Shown here one piece after another: positions 25,153 to 39,159 of a DNA stretch of 64,000 nucleotides (position 1 is the first letter of the stretch; each line of letters begins with the position of its first letter). Source of the DNA: Amoebophrya sp. A120 (lineage: Eukaryota; Protista; Dinoflagellata). The stretch spans positions 12,161,621-12,225,620 of the forward strand of contig CAJINV010000002.1 in assembly GCA_905178155.1 (NCBI GenBank), read 5' to 3'. The position numbers were made by a program, and so were the translations under genes. Under the pieces are notes generated by a model. It saw only the letters and a program-made list of their open reading frames with translations. It did not search any database and was not told the origin of the DNA.

Positions 25153-25676
25153 CTTTGTTCCACCACAAAAGCGAGCTTTATTTGTCGCGACACCAGGGCG
25201 GCTTCGTAAAATCTTCACAAGAATGTGAATAGTCTAGTTAGACATGAGGGGTATCTATTAAGGTTCTTCGCTCACGGGTGACAGGCAGGCAGTAGAAGTA
25301 GACTCTCAAGAAGTCGTGTGAGGACCAGCCGCATCGCGGTACGTACAACACGAAATAACGCTCGTTTAGATTACGGAGCTACGCACTCTAGACATATTAC
25401 TGATTGGCAAGGCGTAAACTACATGCTTCTGGCTCTCGTGCAACTCGGTGGGCAAACGAACATCCAAGCAAAACAAGCCACGGTTTAACTTTAAGTTTAA
25501 CCGCAAGCGCAAACGATACCAAAGAGCTTAGAAACGCTGCAGTGCGGCAGCTTGCAACAAGCCATTATCCACCATATAGATTTATAACAAGCGAAAACCG
25601 CTATCGCAAAAACAAAAAAAATTCAAATAGGAACGGGCCTGGGCTTGGCATTCATCGACGATAGCATCGGCACAAA

Positions 25677-27197
25677 CTACTCCGGGTAAACCCCGGAATT
25701 GTCACAATCATGCTGAACTTCCTCTTGCACTTTTTCCTCATCGATCAGTTCCTGCAGGCCGCCATTTCTCAGTTCACTGATTTCGTCGGTTTGCGCATCG
25801 TCTAAGGGAATCTCACTATTTTCGTGGTGCGGCAGCGAATCCAATTTGCTTTGCAGCTCTGTGCGAGCCACCGCAGTCGGATCCTGGTCCTGTGGGTTAC
25901 TCGATTGCGAGAGGTCGTGCGATACTCCTGGGGCGGACGCGGCGGCGTCTGCGTCCTCTTTGGCGGCAGCTACTTCTTCAGCCGACGGACCCGGCACAGG
26001 CACTACATAATCTCGCCACTGCGTAATGTCGAACGGGTCCACTGTGGCGGTGAAAGCCGTCTTTTGTTGAGCGCGTAGTTGTTGGGCTGGCGTGCGACCA
26101 CCTCCAATACTCTGCGGTGACGAAACACTCCAACGCACGTCTAGAAAAGAGGAATAAGCTGCTGCTGTTGGTTTTGCTCGTGCTACAGTAGTAGATCCAC
26201 TGCTACTACTGTTCATCTCCGTGGTGGTACGGGCGGCCATTGACACGGTATTATTTTTTCGCAGTCGTGGCGCTTCTGATAACTCTGCACCTCCTTCTGA
26301 AGAAGCGAACGCACGGGCAGGAACATCTTTTGCACGATCATGATCCAACCGCGGAAAAATCTGCAGCGCGGAAGATGAAGCTGTGTTACCTCCAGTCGAG
26401 GAGGCCGCACCCTCGCTCGCTGTCGCCGTGCCACTGCTGGTACTACCAGCTATTTCCCTTCCGTTTATCGCTGCTTCGTCCTTTTCTCCGTTCAAAAAAT
26501 CGTCAAATTGTTCGTCTTCGCCGTTGAGTTTGTCGTCCATTTTATCGGGATCCAAGTTCTCCTCTCCCTTGGCATTATCCGCGTACAGTTCCGAGGCTGC
26601 CTCCTCGATGTCGCCTCGCTCGGTAGGTTTTTCCGCGTGCGAGGAGAGCTCGTCCAGCGTATTCTGCATCTCGTCTTCGTCTTTTGCACCTTTTTGGGCA
26701 ACCAGCTCGGCCTCGTCCTCCAGTTTATCGTCCGCGTCCTCGCCACCGGCGCCCGCGGACAGGGCTGTCTTCTCCGCCTCCGCGTCGGCCGTGTGCGGTT
26801 CCTCCTCGTCCGCCGGATCAGGATCGGCCTCCGCGTCCGTGGTGTCTGTCGCGGAATCGGAGAAAGAGGTAGAGGACCACTTCCGGGAACAAACCTCCGC
26901 GCGGCGACATCCTTTTAGTGAAGGAGGTTTTTCGCTGCTGGGAGCACGGACTGCAAGATCTTCACTGAAGTAAATGGTCGGCCATGTTCTGTCTCCAAGG
27001 TACAATTTCAACTTCGCCGTTGAGCCAAAGAGCTGACCACACAGGGAAGCCACAACATCCTGACTCAACTTGAATACTTCCACCCCCAACATATTTGATA
27101 GATGATGAGGAGGAGCTAGTACCACGGTTTCGCAGCTTACTAACCTATGTGACCTCCAGACTTTGTTCTTAAGTCGGACGGAAGGCGAACCTCCCAC
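25677..27197 (-). CDS. Hypothetical acidic low-complexity protein (5' end uncertain, probably spliced)
   Basis: 506-aa ORF with D/E-rich core and SSALQ/SSFLD motifs; the first ~100 codons look non-coding. Confidence 0.6.
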   Translation of the reverse strand: MGGSPSVRLKNKVWRSHRLVSCETVVLAPPHHLSNMLGVEVFKLSQDVVASLCGQLFGSTAKLKLYLGDRTWPTIYFSEDLAVRAPSSEKPPSLKGCRRAEVCSRKWSSTSFSDSATDTTDAEADPDPADEEEPHTADAEAEKTALSAGAGGEDADDKLEDEAELVAQKGAKDEDEMQNTLDELSSHAEKPTERGDIEEAASELYADNAKGEENLDPDKMDDKLNGEDEQFDDFLNGEKDEAAINGREIAGSTSSGTATASEGAASSTGGNTASSSALQIFPRLDHDRAKDVPARAFASSEGGAELSEAPRLRKNNTVSMAARTTTEMNSSSSGSTTVARAKPTAAAYSSFLDVRWSVSSPQSIGGGRTPAQQLRAQQKTAFTATVDPFDITQWRDYVVPVPGPSAEEVAAAKEDADAAASAPGVSHDLSQSSNPQDQDPTAVARTELQSKLDSLPHHENSEIPLDDAQTDEISELRNGGLQELIDEEKVQEEVQHDCDNSGVYPE

Positions 27198-28443
27198 AAT
27201 TCGGATGCGAGCACACTACCAATCCTTGTAGACGAAAACGATTTTCACAACGATAACGAAAGGCAGAACAAAGCACGATAAAATCCAATCGACACGATCG
27301 ACGATTCGGAAGAAACGCGATGGAACTACATCAAGCTACCCACATCCGAATCCGAATCAAACAAGGAAAGAAAAACTAAAACTGCCTCATCCAACGATCA
27401 ATGAGGACGACGAGTAGGTCATAGGATAAATATGCAGATGTCGATGTCTACTGGTGCTTCTCCTGCCTGAATGTCGATGAAAATAAACTTCTCTAAGGAT
27501 ACCACAGTTTAGAGAATGAACACTAGTTCCCATCGCTCTTGGAGCTGAGCTGCTACCACTTGCTGTTGTTCTCTGAATTGCTGGCTGTGCTGCCTTCACA
27601 TTTTCACCTGCAAAGTCAGCGTATTCGTCTCCTTAACGAAGTACAAATAGAAATAGAAATCAAATCTTACAAGATTGGTCGCCCGCGGGCTGAAGCCATC
27701 ATCACGAGGACGAGAATGATACGCTGTTCCCATGAAGGGAAAAACGAAAGCTCGAGATCGAAAAGCAAACCTGCTGGAAATATCCTTTTTTGAAGTTAAT
27801 GACACTCTAGAAGAAGGGTGAAACAAAGAAAAGTTCTACGAAAAGGATATCATTCACGTGTGGTTGTTCGGGGCTGAATTCGCAGATTGCAGATGCCAGA
27901 AAAGTGCAATGCAAAATCATCAAGAAATCAGAAAAACAAGTTCGAAAAACAATTGCTCAACAAGACATCGCTCTCGTTTGCAATGAATCGGAGCGAATAA
28001 ATTCATTTTTCTAGATAAAAGACAACCGTGATAGGTGGTATTGCAGAAAATTGCAAATTAGCTCGATAATCTTGAATGGCGCAGCATCATGTCTGCAGGA
28101 GAAACAGAAAATTCCCACTGCGGTGTCACTGCGGAAGGGTTCATAGTTTGTTTCTAGGAAAATAAAACCGATAATCTGAAATGATTTCGCCGTCTTGGCG
28201 TGGTTTCGGTGAAAACGAAACATAAACTTGAGAAACTTTTTTTTTGTTCATCCGGGTGAATCAATTCGGTCGTTAAACAAAACTAATCAAAACAAGAAAC
28301 GCAAAATAAGCTCTAAATAGTCAGCAAAATACAAAAATGTCTCAGGTGTTCATTTTCAACCTTGACGGGATTTTCAGGGCCTATTTTTCATCAAAATGAA
28401 AGAATTTCATTGAAACACAAGAACTTACAACTGGTCCTAAAAA

Positions 28444-31400
28444 TCAGTGACTCACTTTAAACTTGTTCCGTTTCTGCCGGCCGCCAGGATGGTAGTTCGC
28501 AGTTTTCGTGTTTTCATTCTGGTCCAAAAACGAGGCGGAAGCGCTTGGCTTGGAAGACACAGAAGCGAGCAGCTGTCCAGCGCTAAATTTACCACCCGGC
28601 GCAACGTGCTGCAGCTTCTGCAAGTCCCGCTCGAAGCGGTCAAAGTCCGGCTTAAACCAGACCGCCTGGTGTTCGATGCCACCCGCGTTAGACCCGCGCT
28701 TGTACAGAAAGTACCCGTTGTCGCCCCACTGCTGGCCCCAGCTGTTCCGCACGGTCCAGTAGGGCGTTTGCTCCCCGTCGGCGGTGACGCCAAACCCGAC
28801 CGCCACCATGGCGTGCGTGGTCAACTCCCACTCCAAAGTGCCACTCTTCGCGTCCTCCGTCGGCTTCCCGTTCTTGGCCAGGTAGTGCAGGTGGCTCTTG
28901 GGCTGGGCGGGGGGTGAGAACACGCCGCCACTGTAGGTGGACAGTTCATCTGGCACTTCGGCGGCAATCGCGACCGGGCCGTGCTGGTAGATCTCCTGCT
29001 TCATCAGCTCCTCGTTGCAACCGCCATAGTAGTTACCCACGTAGCCGTAGTCCTGTTTTGAGTTTAAGATCCACGACAACACCATTGGTTTTCTGTGTCC
29101 TTTCTTGTCTTCAAAAGCAACCCTTCAAAATCTTTGTAATGTTCTCTTTAATGTTCTTTCGATCAGGTTCAGAGCCGCAAGACGGAGTAGTAACGCAAGA
29201 AAATGGAAATGCGACCTCGCCCCCAAGCGAGTAGAGTAAACTGAAATGACTTTCTTCACCGCCATACAGATGTTTCGGAATCGGATTGTCGTTTTTTTTT
29301 CATCTTCTTCAAACAAAAACAGCCGAGACTAAAAGAGATGAGGAGCTTGCGCTTACCTTCACGAAATAGGTGAGTTGCTTGAGCAACTTGTGGAGTTCCG
29401 GATGCGTCGTCTCCACGTTCGGCGTGGTCAGGGAATTTCCGTGCATGTGGTACACCGGGAACAGGTCGTTTTCCAGGTCCTGGAAGCGCTGGTACGCGGC
29501 CTCAAACGCGCCCCCGACCGAGGACAACAGACTCTTGTGCCCTTCCCCCTCTTTCGCTTTTTGCTTCTTTTCGGACAACAGCTGGAGGAAGGAAGTCGAA
29601 GATTTAGCAGAGGACGCCGGAACTTCTGCGTAAGGCGTGCGCAATCTGTGGGTTTCATTTAGCGGGGCTGTCAGATGAAACAAACGCAGATCCGGTAGTG
29701 TAAACAACTGCGTACTATTTTTGCCCGTTTTTTTACTTCACGGTCATACGCTTTCAGGTGTTGTTCTTCACGAAGCGTATATTTCGACGAATCAAAATCA
29801 ATCTCTATCTCATTATTGCGTTACTTCAACGGCAGCAAGTCGCTGGGTTTTGCCGGTTCCATGAAGACACTCCAATCCATGTGGTACGAAGAGCGTTTCT
29901 TCGGTCCCTGGAAAAGTTCCTCCTCCGTCGGTGGGCCGACAAAATCCTGGTCTCTCTTCAACTTTCGCTGTTGCATCAAGAAGGACTGGTGTTTGATGGT
30001 GAACGGACCATTCTTCGGCGTTGGATCTTGGAAAAAGGAAGTCTTGGTGGCCGGACAGGTATCGGATTCCTTGTCCCGCATGCATTTATCGTAGGTCGCG
30101 TAGCCGAGGTCACGCTGGTCGGAACTGTCATAGGGGAGGCACGAGGCTTCGCGGATGCCGTACGTTTTCGCGTGACGTCCAACCAAAAAAGGAAGCCCGC
30201 CATTGCACCCTTGGTTGGTTTCCGAACAGCTTACCTCAACAATTATGTTGTCAGTTAAAATAAATGCCTCGTTTATTTCAGCTGCAAGACGACGAGAACG
30301 ACCGACAGATCAGCGACGTGGCCATGAAGCTTACCCTTACGGAACAACACGGGCCTAAGAGAGCTAGCGCTGTGCTTTTGAATTTGAATTCCAAAAAAAA
30401 AGTAAAAATCAAAATGTACGACGCTCTCGGGCGACAGCTGCAGTGGTACGTCGACGCCGTACCTCCGTCGCAGGCCAATTCGAAACCGCGCCTCGATCGC
30501 AGCGACCGACGCAATGGCGTAGCACGACCCACACGATCCTTGGTTCAGGACTTCGCTTTGCCCAAACACAGTTTCCGACGCGGTCGCATGCCAGTCGAAA
30601 GCCTGTTGCAATATGGGTAAGGTTATCGTATAAAGTAGTACTTGTACTAGTGCATTTAATCTCAATGCCGTGTCATGGTGAATTCCGGTACACCAAAGAT
30701 TTTCGTAATCGCTTAAGCTTTTGCTGTTGTGCGTGACGCCTACACAAAGTTTGCTGGTTATGCTTTTGCGTGCATGCATGAGAAGTCTGCATTTGAATTG
30801 ATTTAGGTCAAAATCAATCCAAATGCAGACGAAGAAGTTGTACTAGCAACTGTTATATTAAAGTCGCTTCGGCACCACACAACTAAGTGTAAAGTAGAAG
30901 GCCATAACTTATTTATACTTTTACCTTCGGCGCTCGAACATTTTTGTTTGTCGCAACAGCTGGACTGCTCAAAGCTGTTTCAACCTGCGCTGCGTTTTCC
31001 AACGGATTGCGGTTCCACTCCTCAGACGGAACCAGGGGTTGCTGATGCCCGAGCGCCCCTTGTGGCACCGGGAAAAAGCCAACCGGACCTCCCGAGATGA
31101 TCATCGGGGAAACCACTAATTTGCGACTCACCGGCTTGCCGTCGACTTGGCGCGCCACCTTCGACCAGCGAACCACCTGCTGTTTCATGAACGAAGCATC
31201 AGCGGCGCCACGCGTCACTGCAGCGCTGGTCGTGCTGCCATCCACCCGTTCCGCGTACCAGCACTTGGCTTTCGGATGGTCCCCCCACCCGAACATCGTT
31301 TTGCCGCAATTCGATCGAAAGTCGGTCACCGTGCCGTCGTCGTTTTCTCCGTAATACGAGGAGGCAGATAAGTGCTTGTCCTTGTTCAAGGGCTGAAACT

Positions 31401-31878
31401 CAAAAAACGCGAACAAGGAGGAAGTGACCGGCTTTGAAGTCGATGGTGTACCATGAGTTGTGCTGGAAATATGCTGATCCAGTGGCAGCCGCAGCTCAAA
31501 TCCCTCATCATACGCCATTGTCCATTTGTGTGCTGCTGCGTTTTCGTCCACGTGGTCTTCACGACGGCGGTCGGTGGCGCCCCCGTTCGAGAGTAGTTCC
31601 AGCTTCCCCTTCGGATGCAAAACGACGTCAGCTATATGTTGAAACTTGTCGTTCTCGAGCGACTTCTTGTTCTCCTCCTCCAACGTACTAGCCACCGTGT
31701 TGGGAAACTCGATACCTGCGCAACTGGACCTCTTCCCATAGATCTTCCACTGCCCGATGGCCTGATGCTCCTCACAGTGGATCGGTAAATCGGCCTTCGC
31801 GGTGCGGTGCTCGGTGACCAATAGATTGATGGTGCTCCATGCACCGAACAAGCTGCCGACGCCTGCTCCGGCCGGCAT
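28444..31878 (-). CDS. CTSC: Cathepsin C / dipeptidyl aminopeptidase (papain family C1A), multi-exon
   Basis: Exclusion domain start DLPIHC and WTMAYDEGFE; catalytic NQGSCGSCYA, THAMVAVGFG and RNSWGQQWG; SCSETNQGCNGG; GT-AG junctions SPESV|VSCS and YFVK|DYGYVG. Confidence 0.92.
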
Positions 31879-33682
31879 GCTGGTGGAAGTGGTCAGAGAT
31901 GTCTTGGTTTCGTTTTATTTTTCGTGGCGTCGCCAGAAACTTGCTAGCTTAAAGTATGTTTTCAAAAACACTTCTCGTTCTGCTGGTTTAAAAGACACTA
32001 GGATTTTTTTTGAAAAGAGTAGAATAACGTGCACGCTTTTCCTTCTTAGGACGAGCTATATCTGCTCAACAAAATTTAAATTTTGGAATCGATTTGTCGA
32101 ATTCGATTTGAGGTTGAAGGGCGAGGACTAGAAGTAGCAGGCGAAAAGTGTTTCTTGCGCTTGTTGGCCTTGCCTTTCTCGCAAATGCAACTACAGTCGG
32201 TTTGTCCACCGAAAGCGCCTGTGTCGCTTACAACTGCAAAATTCACGAATGCTACTTAGTCGAAGGATAAAGGATTTTAACTCTCCCTTTTCCTTTTTTG
32301 GGTTCACTCTCTGATGTCTCTCTCGAACCAATGAATCAAAAATTCTCCGCAAAACTTCCTTTCAAACTTTGTCTGACGATTATAGTTTGGCAACTAACTC
32401 GTCCTCGCTCGCTGGTTTGCTCGTTTCCCTATCATGACGAAAAAAACAAGGCGACCACAAGTTTCTTCCCCTTGTCTTTGATAGTTGTGAGCGAAAATGT
32501 AAGTGACGAAAAAACAAAATCTCCAACGTGCAGACGTGTCGAGCAAAAAAACGAAACAGATCAGAATAATTCCTCGTAGCAAATGCGAGTGCTGGCCTCT
32601 CTGCTTTCACAAGAAACGTTCTTTCGTCCCCCAACTAGGCGGGCTAGCACCTACGAAAATCAACGGAGGCGTTAATTTCAATTTCCGAAAGTAGAAAATA
32701 AACAAAGAAACCGATGATGATGAACAAAGACAGAAATAACTCTTTTGTTGGGCCAGGAAAAAAGTGCCGATGAGACGACCAATCATTTAATATGTTCTTT
32801 CTGTTTGCACTGTGTATGGAATGCGGCTCAACATCCAGGTCGCATATCATTGATATAGTGACTCATCTCAGAAATCAATGCTGGCACCGTCGGCTTTGTG
32901 TCCGCTAAACAAAACACCAGTTTGTTCTGGACAAAGCAACAAGGGATCTATTTTTTTCACTTTTGTTTTACAACTACTGCAACTGCGTGAAAAAAACACG
33001 GAGCGAGTACCAGAAGATGGCCTGCTTGCTTCGTAGGCTACAAAATTGAGAAAGCACTGGTATTTCGTGACCCCTCCTGAGAGAGACGAACGACAGGCAT
33101 AACGACTCAGCGCTGACCGCCTGTCTTCGCAAACCGTCAGGAAGAGGTCAGGGAAACGCCAGGGGCTACAAACATACTGCTGTCAACCACAAGGCCAGTT
33201 GGCTCTTGACGGCAGTTTTCGTAAGTTGCAAAAACAAACTTGTTGTTCCTGAACATGTTTGAAGCAAACATCATCGGATCAACGCAAAGTTCAAACGAAA
33301 GCGATCAGCAATGAAAATGTACGTAGTTGTAAATGAATATGAAAATGCATCATTGTGTTATTTATGAAATTCTACTGAAAATTGATGACCACAACCACTA
33401 CACCATGATGCAGAGGTACAACTCGTAGAGACGGTGGTAATAATTTATGAAAAACGTAAAACTTGGAATGCGAATGGTAAGAAAAGTAAATCCACATGTG
33501 TAGTACTGTATCGTCACGAAGAAATAGATTACTCAAGAAGTATGCTCTTGCGGACATTCGACTTCGAATTAGCTCCCGCATAAAATCTGCATGAAATAGC
33601 AAAAATGTAAAAAAAAAACCTCAAATGGGAAAACCTCAACCTGCCGCGTCTTTTTACTTACTCAATTTTATGCTGGTACCTC

Positions 33683-36600
33683 CTACTTCCGTTTACTCGG
33701 CGGCCTGGACGGCGAAGAAGTTCCCGCAGCTGCCGGCTGTTTGTTTTTGTAGTACTTCATGGAGATGGTTCGCTGGTCGGCTTGCCTCTGTTTCATGGCC
33801 GCATCCCTCCGCTTCTGCTGCTCCGTGGCCAAGCCCCGGGTTTGGATCTTGTCCGCCTTTCGTTCCTTCAGATTGTAGTGCACACACTCGATGTGCGTGA
33901 AGTACGCGAGAAAGGCGGGCGCTTCCATCCAGAAAATTCCGTCGAGCTGCTTGTTGCGGATGCCCTTTCCGTTGTCCTTCACCAGTTTCCAGGAGGCCTC
34001 GTGCTCGTCCCCGAAGGGCCCCTCCCACTCGTGGAAGTCGCCCCACGGGTTCCGGAGTTTCACCAGCGTGCGCATCTTGCCGTCGAGGCAGTTCACGTCC
34101 AGCACTTGCAGGACGGAGTACGCGTGGCCGTCGATCAGCCCGTCCTCGCGCTTGTGCTCCATCCCCGTGCCGTGCACGCCCACGGCGCAGATCGGGTAGT
34201 GGTTCCGCTCCGCGAGACGCAGGTACTCGATCATCTTGTCCCCCCCGTTGATGGTGTCCGTGTTGCTGTAGTCCGCGTACTCAAACCCCAGACGGTGTCC
34301 GCTCGGGTGGAACGACTCGATCGGGCGCCGCCGGAACTTGATGCTCCGGACGCTTTCCGCGGTCGCCTTGTCCACGTTCTTCGGGCCGCCGGCCGGCGGG
34401 GGGTTGGCGGGGTCCTTTTCGCGGATCCACCGGCTGTATTCGGTGCAGCCCGTGAGCGCGATCCACGCCAGCCCCGCGTAGCCGGCTTTCAGGTTGAGGT
34501 ACCCGCCGGCGAACTTCGCGAACGCCTTTTCCAGGAGCAGAAACCAGGTTTCGTTCCCGTTGGGCTGGCTGAACCGCGGGATGGGCGTTTCCGCGAAGGG
34601 GGACTTCGGGTAGCAGGGAATGTAGTCGTCGATGGTCATCACGCGCCACGACGGGGGGTTGCGGGAGTAGTCGAACAGGTTGATGCTGTACTTGCCCTGC
34701 ATGTTGCACTCCTTCTCCTGAAACGTGTGGATCGGGATGAAATCCGGGTACTCGGCGATCACCGCAAGGGCCGCCAGTAACCAGCAGTCGCCCAGCCCGC
34801 CTTGGATGCAGTCCGACGGCTCGATTTTGTCGAACAGCTTCACCGGGAAGTCAGTGTCGTGGATGTCCCGGGCCCTGAACCACTCCACCTCGCCCTGCAC
34901 GACGTTCGGCCCCTTCTCGGCCAGCGCGCGGCGGGACGGCGGAAACTCGCGGTCCACGAAGGGCTGGATCCCCTGCTTCAGCAGCTGTTGGTCGATCAAA
35001 CTGCCATCCAAGCTCGGGAACTGGATCATCGGCTCGAAGTGCTGCTGCCAGTTGGCCAGCGGGGGGAACATCACCTCCACGCCCGCGTCCGTGCAGGCCT
35101 TCACCGCGTGCGGTTGGTGCATGATCGGCGTGCCGATCACTTTCCACTGCCCCTTCTTCGGGTTGAAAAACATGAACAGCCCGGTTTCGCAGCAGTAGTA
35201 TTTCGGAAACATCAAGTAGTCCTCCTGTTCCGCGAGCTGCAGCGCCTCGCGGCTCTTCGTCTGCGCGGCCTGCTTTCGGTTTTGCTCCTGCTGCTTCTCG
35301 CGGGCGAAGATCTGCTTCGCCTCCGCGGGCAAAATGTCCGCGTACTCCGGTATCAGGGGGAGGTAGAGCCCGACGACGGAGGTGGGCTGCCCTAGCTTTT
35401 TAAACATCAACAGCGCGCTGTGCTTCGACAGATAATACTCTTTCTTCAGAATGTCGTACCTGTTGGAGAGGATTTTTTCACTCAAGAGTCGAATTTTCCC
35501 GAGAAAGAAAAGAACATCTTCAAGCGAAAACGTCAGAAAGATGGAAGAGTTAGTACTATGACAGCGCGCGGCGGTTCTACAGACGAAAATCGGGAACAAT
35601 AGACTGACGACGTCGACCACGACGAAACAAGACATCGGATCATCATTTATGTCTATAGAAGAAAGAATGGCTGCGCAAAAAATGCAATCAAAGAGAAAGC
35701 GTTGTCCTTGAGAATACGCATGATGATCATGATGACCAAAACTTACTGCAGGAGAAGTTGCTGCTCCGCCTTCTTTTCGCCCTTCGCGGAGGCTTGTTTG
35801 ATCTGGTCCAGTTCCTTCTGCGTGGCACAGACGACGCACTTCACTTTGGAATCCGGCACGAAGGCCTCCCGCACCAGCCCGGAATGGTGTTCGCGCACGG
35901 TGGAACGGCGTTCGTAGGCCCCGGTCCGCATCGTGTTCATGAACACCTTCAGATCGCTTCTTCGCTGGTAATTGCTGTCCCCGATGACCGCTGATTCCCG
36001 GATCGCGCCGCGCACGTGCGTGCTGTCGCTGAATTTGTCGTAACTGAAAAACCGCAGCGTGGATACGGGCCCGATCGTGACGCGGCCGGCCGGAACTACC
36101 ACTTGCTTGCTTGTAGCCCCGGCCGTGGTGCCAGCATGGAGCTTGACGTTGAGCAGGTCACCCTCGATGAACATGATAAAGCACAGTGACCCCACGGACC
36201 GCCCCACAACCCAGTCGGGCAGGGCGCCCTTGTCGGCGGTCAGCGAGTTGGAATTGTAGATGTACAGACGGGACATCCGGCTGTACCAGAACGGCATTCC
36301 GTTGTACAGCTTTCCGCACAACGTGTAGCGGCCGGTCACGCGCTTTTGATACCGGGACTCGAGTGCGTCCAGAAACAGCATCTGGGGCAGGTTGTCGGCG
36401 TTAAACATCGGGTTTTGCGACACCTTCAGTGCCTTTTTGATCCAGGGTTTCAAGTTCGAGTTCCCCTCTGACCGGATCTTGTCGTGCTCCACTCCGGGCA
36501 CCACGTTGCGGAACATCTCGGGACTCAGCCCCGGGATCGGGATCCGCGGGTCATACGTAGGTTTCCGGTGCCGCACAATATATTCGCCCTGGTGGTGGGG

Positions 36601-37713
36601 CACCATGGACACAAAGTTTTCGCTGTTCTGGTTTGCCGCCCCCTGCTGCTGCGGGTTGTAGTCCACGGCCGGCGCGACCGAGATAATCTTGGCGTCCGCC
36701 GGGTACTCGTACTTTTTCTGCAGCTTCCCGCGGTCCGCCGGCGTCGCGGCCATCGCGGCGGACTCGTGTATCTGCCGGAAGGAGCGGATGCTTGTCATCA
36801 CAGTTGGGTCCGTGATCTGGTTTCCCAAGCCGTCCTGGAACTCCTCCTCATCGTCCTCTTCGTCGGGAACCTCCTCGTAGCCATACATAGATTCCCGGAT
36901 CTCGTCGTACTTCTTCGCTCTCTCGGCCGCAGAATCTCGATCGCGGGAATAATTGTTGCTAGTAGGCAATAGAGGTTGTAGAGCCACAGCCACACTCCCG
37001 GTGGACGCCGAGGTCGTCGTGGCACCTCCTGCTGTTCTCTGCCCCCGGTCGAGGATCGTCATGTTCATATTGGCGTTCATAATCAGGCTGTTGTTCATCC
37101 CATAGTCGGAACCGCGGTCATGCATTTGGGAAAAGGACCAAAAATTGTTGCCCCCTGTTGTTCCTGACGATGTTGAGCCAGGAGCCGCTGCGTCCATCAC
37201 CGCGGCGCCGCGGGAGTAATTTTTCCCCGCCGCTAGACTGCCGTAGAGATATTCCTGCTGTGCGGCGGAGCCGCGAGAAGCGACATTATTAATCGGCTCC
37301 TGGACGCCTCCGCCCTTTTTTTGTTTTTTCCTCCCCTGTTCCAGGTCCTCGTCAACGCTATCTGCGGAGCCGCGGCTGTTTACGCTGCTGCGGCGCTCTT
37401 TCGGCATCTTGGCCGGTGACATCACTTTTTGGAAGGGGAGCATTTGCATCACAGGAACAGCGCTTTCCACGCCTTGTGACCCCGGACGAAAGGAGGTGCT
37501 GTAATCAGCGAACATGGATGTGTGTGGCTCGAGGAACCCGTAGCTTGCTCGCGCCGTCTGGGTCTGGTGGCCGAGGGTCGGGGCACCAACCAGCGGTTCT
37601 CTTTCCAGCGTCTTGCGACTCGAGGCGCGCTCATTCGAAGCACTTGCCCGCGCGGCCTCCTTGTTCTCGGCCCGCCCACCCGCACACAATTCTCGACAAT
37701 TTGAATTTCCCAT
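33683..37713 (-). CDS. Calpain-family cysteine protease (CysPc) with long N-terminal extension; exons 37713-35747 and 35459-33683
   Basis: FVDREFPP, QGGLGDCWLLA (Cys), GHAYSV (His), LRNPWG (Asn), DGIFWM; GT-AG intron 35746-35460 (CA|GTAAGT...CAACAG|G) joins LLQ-YDIL; N-terminus MGNSNC. Confidence 0.9.
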
Positions 37714-38346
37714 GATATCAATTATGGAACCGAAAAACACACCAGAATAAATGTGAGCAGAATATCAAATACTGAAAGAAACTGACACTTCTGAAATTCT
37801 GAGCTTGGCCTCGGCGGTGAAGAAGCCCGGACCGGTTACAAAGCGCAAGAAGTGTATAACTACCTGACCGCGTCTAGCACGACGGGTGCTGAAGGGGTAG
37901 AGGCTTTTTGCATCAACAGCTGCATGATCATTGTCATAAGCGCAAAGTCTTCATGTTGGAAAAATTAACTTCGAAATTATAATAAAATGATATTGCAATT
38001 GCTGGGGAACGGGGCAATGGCAAATACTTCTGATGATGTCCCTGTAAAAAAATAAGCAGCAGGTTGCAGGTTTTTCTTTTAAGTGCACAATCAAAATCAT
38101 CTGGCGCAAAAGTAGTTCTCCGAAGCTTCATGTACTACTTTGTTTGTTCAAACCGATAGCAAGTCAGGAGTATCACGTTGAAACTTGAAACCGAAGACCA
38201 ATGATTTGCTAAGCTATCTGTCTGGAATGCGGAGAGCGACGTTCATCTTTGGTACAATTACACTGGAGGACAAACTCAAACAACCGAATAATGCTTCGAT
38301 CATCTTCATCATGTGCTACTTCATCTGTCTAGTCTAGACTCGGACT

Positions 38347-38432
38347 CCAACTACACCGAGTAATCAAGGAACCAACTACACCGACTCGGCTCGAAGAGGA
38401 CTACCAACTACAAACACCGAATAATCAAGGAA
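38347..38432. repeat. Short imperfect intergenic tandem repeat
   Basis: ccaactac(aaac)accga occurs 3 times and taatcaaggaa twice. Confidence 0.6.
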
Positions 38433-39159
38433 TAGACCAAGACACAACCATGAGCGCGAACCAACCATCATGAGCACCTTAGGGGCCCCGGAAACCAAAG
38501 AATGATAATGATTAGAACTACGACCATCATGATCCACATCTTTACGTTTTTGTTTTCTTCATTGGCACATACACGCAGCAGACCGGCCCTTCCCGCGAGG
38601 TGGGGCAGGACCACCTAAAAATAAATGATCATCCTCAACATCAACTCATAAATATCCATGGATCTTCGTCTACCAGTCTATTCGCAAATTATTTATATAT
38701 ATCTTTGTTTTACAGTTGTGCGACGTCGTGGTCGTCAACCTCATCAAAGTCATTACTTAGTGTGCCTGCTTGGTAATCATGATAAATCCTTTTAAATTCA
38801 AACAAAGTGACTGAACAACAATAAACATAAAGTCATATCATCATCATCATCATCATTCTTGTGCTTGTCCTGGATGAATAGTGACTGATCTATTCACATT
38901 CTTTCTTCTTTGTTGGACGTGCACACTGTCATATCTTAAGATATCAAAGAAACTGTTACAATTACAAACTGAGATACTGGAGACCAACATGAATGTGAAT
39001 GTTTTGAAAACTGGAATGGAAAAAAGAAAAAACAAAGTTGCTCAATATGATCCTTGATAGAGAAGGTAGTACTTAAGTAGTTGAGCTGGAAACTTCGATA
39101 ATAATAATAGTTGAGCTGGAAAGCCAAATGGGAGTTTGGCTTTTTTCCTGATTATGTTT

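Noticed and set aside
27020-27031. Partial SL-like match TTTGGCTCAA on the minus strand (also TAGCCATTTT near 48690)
   Set aside because: Only 10-nt matches, compatible with chance.
35460-35839. N-terminus of ORF 33683..35839 as real protein
   Set aside because: It is read-through of a GT-AG intron (35746-35460) and overlaps the upstream exon in another frame.
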